DNA of 64,000 nt. Origin: Candidatus Heimdallarchaeota archaeon. GTDB taxonomy: Archaea; Asgardarchaeota; Heimdallarchaeia; Hodarchaeales; Hodarchaeaceae. Shown in pieces: positions 58,380 to 64,000 of the stretch. Made by a program: the position numbers and the translations under genes. The stretch covers positions 4,593,414-4,657,413 of the forward strand of contig CP070695.1 in the NCBI GenBank assembly GCA_020353515.1, given 5' to 3'. Numbering within the stretch: the stretch's first letter is position 1; each line of letters begins with the position of its first letter. The notes beneath the pieces are model-generated. The model was given only the letters and a program-made list of their open reading frames with translations. It had not been told where the DNA came from and made no database searches.

Positions 58380-61300
58380 CTATTCTTTTGTCATATAAGC
58401 GTCCAGTCGTCCAACAACATCTGCTTTTCTTCTAAGTCGGACATTAGCTTTTATCTGTTTGATTTTTGCTGCTGATAAACCATAAACTTGCTTTAGATCA
58501 CCATCAGGCCAATAAAGGAAATCAATTATCCGGTTTATCCCCTTTTTAACTAATTCTTGAGCAACAGGAATAGGTAAATCTGCTAATCTAACGATTGGAC
58601 TTTCTAAATCATGAATACAAGCTTTTATTAATTTAGATGGGACGTAATCATCAGGAATGAAGTTATATCTCTTAAGATGAAAGTAGAGATCCTCTATATT
58701 GTCAATCCCCATTTCGTGAAAAGTAGCAATATGTTCTTCAGGAATCCTTACGAAGTTTTCAATTGGGGTTCCTAGACTCTTTTTCCGCTTTAAAGCACCA
58801 AGGTTGACTTTTCGATATTTCGATAATTCATATCTCTTTATTTCAAGTAATTCCGCTAAGTCATCTTTAGGCCAGAATAAGAACTCAATTGTTGAAGTTA
58901 TCCCTGCATTATACAATAAGGGGATCTTCTGGGGAAAGCTATCTTGTACGGTTGGTAAAATTGCAACAGGTTTCTCTAACACCCGTTTTACGGTTTCAAC
59001 TGGTTTTACAAGTGACTTGGTTAATCTTTCTGTATCTAAACGGAAGTATAGATCTACAACATTATCGACCCCCAGACTCGTAATTTGTTCTAATTGTTTA
59101 GGAGAAAATGCTCTGAGTGAGGATAATTTGACCCTAAATTCGGTATCAGTTTTTTTATGGGTTATTATATCTACTAGATTTATTGAATTCCTCGCTGAAT
59201 TGTATTCTTCCTCATCTATGATTCCCATAGGATCTTCTAGTTGAGAAAATTCAGTTTTTATTAGTTGAGTTACCGAAGTTACTCCGTTGAACGCTAATGG
59301 AGTAACATATTGCGGAGGGAGTAAGCTATAATAAGCTAAAGATGAGTTAAGGGCATCTTTAAGGTTTGCTAAACGGGATTTTAATTGATCAGAGACAGAA
59401 ATTGTTCCTAAGTCTATAAATAGAAGATCTTCCAGAACCCTAATCCCATGTTTCTCAATTTCTGTAAAATCTATGTACCCTGACTCAATGAAAGTTGGAA
59501 GAGGAGTATCGGCCTCGGTTATTTCACCAGCAGCCTCAAAGTCGAACTCTGTTTTTAGAGAAGCTATCTCAGATATATCCATACCTATAAGTTTGGTTAA
59601 AGCACCATTGGGAGTGAATAACCAATCGGAGATTGTTGAAACACCACTTTGTGACAGTTTTCGCAAATCATTTAAAGGTAACTCCTCAGATAACCGATTT
59701 ATTGGACTATCAAGAATTTCATATAGCTTTTCCAATTCCTTCTGCTTAAAATCCTCTCTATCACGTAAGATAAATTCCTGGATTGAAGTAATATTCTTCT
59801 TATCCAATTCAGAAATGATTTTAGTAGGAATAATTCCTGAAAAATTATCTAGTGGAATTATCTCATCCTCTAAGTGTTTAATAACTTCAGGCATCTTGAT
59901 TCCGGTTACCAATGCCCTAGTCTTAGGTGAGGTAGATCCTATCTTTTCAGCAAGTTCTCTAATACTCTCGTCGAAAATGTCTCCAATATGATTTATGGAA
60001 TGTTCTTTGAAAATAGATAACCATTCTAAGGTTATTTTAGGAATAAAACATATGGGAATGTTTAAGAATTGTTCTATTTCATTGAAATTTAGTGTTTCCA
60101 ATTCAGCAAAGAATTCAGAGGGATCAGTTCCTAATATTGTCTCAATCCGTTCTGTAGAAGTTGAATAGGCATCTTGTAAGGTCTCAATACGTTTTTGTTT
60201 TAGATTTTTAACCTCTTCTCGGTCTGATCCAAAAACTAAACTCAACGGGATAGTCAAAATTGAAAATATTCGAGTCCATCTCTCTCTGTCTATCCGTATT
60301 GTTTTATCTCCTTCTTTTGCAAGATAGATGTCCTCCTTGGGGCTAGTTAAAAGCTCAAAAACGGTTTTTATTTCCTCACGTTGTAATGCGGCGAGATAGT
60401 CTGAAGGAAAATTGAGTTTCTCTATTGTCAATCGTTTTAGAAAAGTTATAACTGCAGTAATATTAATTGAATCCTGAATGGCTTTAATTCTTGCTGCTTG
60501 TATTTGTGTACGATTTTCAAGTTCCTCCTGAGACTCTATCATCAGATCTAAAACCGTTCTGACTTTTGCTTTTTGGAAATTCTTTATTTCTTCTTTTGTA
60601 GGTATAGGACTTATTTCGATTGGTAGGTCTAGAATGGTTTTTGCATCAAGTATTATTTGCCAATCAATATCACTATCAACAAAGGTTTTCGGAGTTGCCA
60701 CATAATATAAATCAGCTAGACTCTCTATACCCAAACGAGTAAGTTTTCGAATAGTGTTTCTATCGAAAAGTGAAACTTTAGTAAGAGGAATCATCTTCTC
60801 CTCTTTCATTGATTTAATATTATTGAAGTTAAGGTCTTTCTTCATCGCAACCACTTGTTTTAAGTCCATCTCAAGTGTATTGATAATTTGGTCCTCAGGC
60901 GTAGTTAAGAAGTCGTAAATTGTAGATATTTGCTCATCAGCGAGTATTTGAAGCTGCTTCCGAGGCAATCCTTCCAGAATTGAAACAGATGTTTCTGTTG
61001 ACTCACGAAGCTGGACAAGATTAATTTTCTTTCTTAAATTAGCAACATTTTCTGGGGGTGTCTCCAAGATCTCGGAAAGTTCTTCCTCAGAGGTTATTAG
61101 GAAACGAATTATGGTGTCAATCCGTTTTTTAACCAAATTATCGATATATTTAGCTGCAATAATACCAGTAAGGTAAGTCACGGGAAGTTCTAAAGCTTCC
61201 ATGGCTTTTTCAACATAACTCCAATCTATTTCGTCATCTTCATCTAACATGTCTTCAGAAGCGGTAAAGTAGAGATCCTCAACCGTTTCAATACCATAAC

Positions 61301-64000
61301 CTAATAATGTTGAAATTGTCTTACGATTGTATCCACACACTGCTTCCAAAGGCATTCCGTGTTCTTTAATTGCTACTGATTGCTTTAATTCGTCAATACG
61401 AGGTAAAGACATTTTAAGAATTGATTTTAAATCATTAGGTGACCAATAAATAAGCTTTATTATCTGATCAATTCCATTACTTGCTAATCGTTCGAGACCA
61501 TCATGTGAAATTCGGATTGCAGTTTTATCTGAACTACTCCGAAGCTGTAACATTGCCACGGGTGTTTCAAGGATACGTTGAAACCTTTCAATTTTTTTCC
61601 ACTTAACACCCATTACTCCAAATGTGTCCTTTCGTGCACAGAAATACACACTTTCCACTGTGGAGAAGCCTTTAGAAATTAAGGATTTCATTTCAGTAGC
61701 GGAAATGACTCCAAGGTCAATCAGAGGCATGCCAGAGAGGAAGAGATCGAAACTTGACAGCATGGTATTAACAAAATTCTCATCACGACCGATTAATTCT
61801 TCAATTTCTGTTTTTGACCAAGTAACTAAATCAATAAAGGAATTGATGTTATTAGCATGAAGTCTAGCAATCCATATCGGTTTTATTTGAGGAATTCTCG
61901 AGATTGGAGTTAAAAAGAGTGTATTTAATTGCTCTATTTCACGTTTAGATAATTCTAATTGTTTTATTTTGCCATTAGAATATGGAAGTTGATAGTAAAG
62001 CTCTTGAACACTAAATTCTGTCTGGAGTAATTTCTGCCAAGCTTTTCCCTCTAAATTATTTGCCAATATAGATACAGGAAGAACTTTAGAGTCAATGAGA
62101 GATTTAATTTCTTCGATGGAAATTTTACTTTTTGTTCGTTCAATTAGTTTATAGGACATACCTGTTTTACGATGCAAGTCAGTATCAGGCCATAGTAGAA
62201 AATCAATAATTCTTGAGACTCCCATATGATGAAGGGTATGATAGTATTTACTTGGTATAGGAAGATAACAAATAGGAGAGTTTAAAAGATTGAGTAATTC
62301 TTCTATTCGATTTTGGAATGTCTTAGGTTTTAATTCAAACTCGGTTGCTGCTGCTTGTAATTCTTCCAGACAGAGAATATTATTTGTTTCCAATTTTTCA
62401 CGCTCTTCTGGAGTCAATAGGGGAACTGGTGTACCATACGTTCTCTTAATTGTTTCCAGAATTTGAGGATCCAATTCTTCTAGTTTCATCAAAGTCGAGG
62501 AAGGGCATCGAATAAAATCATAGACAGTTTCTATGCCAAGACCCTTTAACTTAGTTTCTAATCCTGAGTCTAACCACCAAGCAGCTTTTGTTGGGAATAT
62601 TTCATGTTCCTGTTCTATTTGTTCTTGAATCTCATCCTGTTTCATAGAAATCAGACGAGATATTAAACCACGAATGATCTGAAGCTCTCTTTCCTCCATC
62701 AGGAGAAAGTCTATGAAACCCTTAATCTCGAGACGTTCCAAATCTGGCTGCATAGTTTCATCTAGAGCATCTACTTTTTGGAAAGGTTTTTCCTCATTTA
62801 ATTGAGTAATTTCTTCACTTTGGACTTTTTTTGAACGGAGAATAAGTTTTTCTGTGAGCTCGGAGATATCTGCCAACTTTTCAGTTGGTGTTTGAAGAAA
62901 TTCCTTTATTTTCGAAATATTTCGTCCCCTTAAACGTGGTGTTACACGATAGTCCATCCAATCGAATGTTGCAGCGCCTATGACCTTGTCTGCATCTATA
63001 TATCCCTGTTTTATTCCTTCTTGGATTTCTTTCTTTATCATTTCAAGAATTTTAATTGATAAATTGGGAACTATAGCTAATTTTTCTGGGAATGCTATCA
63101 TGTAATCTAGGATATTGAGAATCTTTGCTGATTTCAATCCTTTTTTGATGTCTTCAGTTATCCAAGGCATTGTTTCAAAATCAAATGCTGTTACAGGATA
63201 ATCCGTTAGAATTTCATTAATAGCTCTCTGCTTTGCTTCATAAATTAGCTTTTCAGGGAAATTCTCAACCATACGAAGTTGGGATATCGGTGTGGCAAAA
63301 AAGTCAAGGGAAGATACTATCCAACGCTTATTTAGCGCTTTATGTATTCTTAAAGCTTGACGGTATTTACTATAATCATCTTCTATCCCTTTTGGAAATA
63401 TTTCGAACTCACGCATTGTAGGCGCTTTATTTGATCTTTCCTGACTATTAACTGTTGCACGTTTAATTTCGACTATTTTTTCTTCTGTTAATCCAGTAAT
63501 GTTACTCAATTCTGCTATTGGGGCTCGTAAAAATTGATATATTGTTTGGATATTGTGTTCAACAAGGGTTACATAAGTCGAAGTGGGTAACCATTCCCCA
63601 ATGCTTGAAATTAAAGGACTTGGAGGAAAAGTGCGACGAACTAAACGTGGTACTGCAGATGCTAATGCTTTTTCGAGCTTTGCCATCTCTTCAGTGGATT
63701 GCAGTAGGAAAGGAGTTTCAGTTACATCTAATATTTTCGATAAGTTCCTAAGAACTTTTGGGGCCGCACTTTCAAATCTGGACTGCCTTTGTTTCTCCCT
63801 ACGCTCTCGTTCAGCTCGTCCTAGATGTTGACTTAAACCACGGGCTAATTTTTTCAGAACTTTCATTATTTCTTTTCGAAGTTCATCAACATCAGCAATG
63901 TACTCTTTACTCGTCTCTGGAAAAGGAATCTTTGAGGAAACCAATGAAACGACAATAGCAATAGGTGATTTATTGATCTTGATCTTATAATTCTTCCAAG
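58380..64000 (-). CDS. top6B: DNA topoisomerase VI subunit B (5' part outside the window) fused to a giant repeat array
   Basis: The frame is open to the window edge: WKNYKI...PIAIVVSLVSSKIPFPETSKEYIADVDELRKEI...LARGLSQHL is the Top6B transducer. It ends 9 bp before top6A. Confidence 0.85.
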   Translation of the reverse strand, partial: WKNYKIKINKSPIAIVVSLVSSKIPFPETSKEYIADVDELRKEIMKVLKKLARGLSQHLGRAERERREKQRQSRFESAAPKVLRNLSKILDVTETPFLLQSTEEMAKLEKALASAVPRLVRRTFPPSPLISSIGEWLPTSTYVTLVEHNIQTIYQFLRAPIAELSNITGLTEEKIVEIKRATVNSQERSNKAPTMREFEIFPKGIEDDYSKYRQALRIHKALNKRWIVSSLDFFATPISQLRMVENFPEKLIYEAKQRAINEILTDYPVTAFDFETMPWITEDIKKGLKSAKILNILDYMIAFPEKLAIVPNLSIKILEMIKKEIQEGIKQGYIDADKVIGAATFDWMDYRVTPRLRGRNISKIKEFLQTPTEKLADISELTEKLILRSKKVQSEEITQLNEEKPFQKVDALDETMQPDLERLEIKGFIDFLLMEERELQIIRGLISRLISMKQDEIQEQIEQEHEIFPTKAAWWLDSGLETKLKGLGIETVYDFIRCPSSTLMKLEELDPQILETIKRTYGTPVPLLTPEEREKLETNNILCLEELQAAATEFELKPKTFQNRIEELLNLLNSPICYLPIPSKYYHTLHHMGVSRIIDFLLWPDTDLHRKTGMSYKLIERTKSKISIEEIKSLIDSKVLPVSILANNLEGKAWQKLLQTEFSVQELYYQLPYSNGKIKQLELSKREIEQLNTLFLTPISRIPQIKPIWIARLHANNINSFIDLVTWSKTEIEELIGRDENFVNTMLSSFDLFLSGMPLIDLGVISATEMKSLISKGFSTVESVYFCARKDTFGVMGVKWKKIERFQRILETPVAMLQLRSSSDKTAIRISHDGLERLASNGIDQIIKLIYWSPNDLKSILKMSLPRIDELKQSVAIKEHGMPLEAVCGYNRKTISTLLGYGIETVEDLYFTASEDMLDEDDEIDWSYVEKAMEALELPVTYLTGIIAAKYIDNLVKKRIDTIIRFLITSEEELSEILETPPENVANLRKKINLVQLRESTETSVSILEGLPRKQLQILADEQISTIYDFLTTPEDQIINTLEMDLKQVVAMKKDLNFNNIKSMKEEKMIPLTKVSLFDRNTIRKLTRLGIESLADLYYVATPKTFVDSDIDWQIILDAKTILDLPIEISPIPTKEEIKNFQKAKVRTVLDLMIESQEELENRTQIQAARIKAIQDSINITAVITFLKRLTIEKLNFPSDYLAALQREEIKTVFELLTSPKEDIYLAKEGDKTIRIDRERWTRIFSILTIPLSLVFGSDREEVKNLKQKRIETLQDAYSTSTERIETILGTDPSEFFAELETLNFNEIEQFLNIPICFIPKITLEWLSIFKEHSINHIGDIFDESIRELAEKIGSTSPKTRALVTGIKMPEVIKHLEDEIIPLDNFSGIIPTKIISELDKKNITSIQEFILRDREDFKQKELEKLYEILDSPINRLSEELPLNDLRKLSQSGVSTISDWLFTPNGALTKLIGMDISEIASLKTEFDFEAAGEITEADTPLPTFIESGYIDFTEIEKHGIRVLEDLLFIDLGTISVSDQLKSRLANLKDALNSSLAYYSLLPPQYVTPLAFNGVTSVTQLIKTEFSQLEDPMGIIDEEEYNSARNSINLVDIITHKKTDTEFRVKLSSLRAFSPKQLEQITSLGVDNVVDLYFRLDTERLTKSLVKPVETVKRVLEKPVAILPTVQDSFPQKIPLLYNAGITSTIEFLFWPKDDLAELLEIKRYELSKYRKVNLGALKRKKSLGTPIENFVRIPEEHIATFHEMGIDNIEDLYFHLKRYNFIPDDYVPSKLIKACIHDLESPIVRLADLPIPVAQELVKKGINRIIDFLYWPDGDLKQVYGLSAAKIKQIKANVRLRRKADVVGRLDAYMTKE
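58400..63620 (-). repeat. Protein-level tandem array of ~28 degenerate ~55-70-aa alphaCTD/HhH-like units
   Basis: Recurrent P(I/V)xxL..h....xxLxxxGIx(T/S)hxD(F/L)h....L....Gh....IxxhK; no DNA-level identity between units. Confidence 0.85.

Noticed and set aside
58380-63944. Treating the 1854-aa ORF as a stand-alone protein starting at 63944, or as an intein-containing gene
   Set aside because: The frame stays open to position 64000 with Top6B sequence, and there are no intein splice (C/S...HN) or LAGLIDADG motifs
58804-63958. Several plus-strand ORFs (146, 172, 78 aa, etc.) inside top6B
   Set aside because: Antisense shadows of a long coding frame with no recognisable motifs; the same applies to the short antisense ORFs within smc, por, uvrB, lpdA and the transporters
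1-64000. CRISPR array, rRNA or tRNA genes
   Set aside because: No regularly spaced 25-40-bp repeats and no GC-rich structured RNA-like intergenic segment was seen; a tRNAscan/Infernal run would be needed to exclude small RNAs

Overview
AT-rich, gene-dense archaeal chromosome segment. It is very likely an Asgard archaeon (Heimdallarchaeia/Hodarchaeales-like), inferred from seven Ras/Rab/Arf-type small GTPases, a probable Roadblock-fold protein, archaeal por and topo VI genes, and frequent TTG/GTG starts. Housekeeping content: dUTPase-family gene, DPM1-like GT2, smc-scpA plus two different scpB paralogues, porGDAB, uvrB, uvrC, lpdA and several transporters. No rRNA, tRNA or CRISPR array was seen; one small IS200/IS605 (tnpB) relic is present. 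Most unusual observations: (1) a topoisomerase VI operon at the right edge. Top6B carries a ~1,740-aa C-terminal array of ~28 degenerate RNAP-alphaCTD/HhH-like repeats, Top6A has an extra N-terminal ubiquitin-like domain, and an atypical kinase-like gene follows 6 bp later. (2) A PadR-led operon (BtrH-like peptidase, UvrA lacking its UvrB-binding domain, second BtrH-like peptidase, SagB-type nitroreductase) with a palindromic operator, which looks like an inducible resistance locus against DNA-binding drugs. (3) An SMC locus with two divergent kite (ScpB) genes, separated from scpA by a TrmB/coiled-coil gene. All family calls come from motif recognition by eye; no searches were run.
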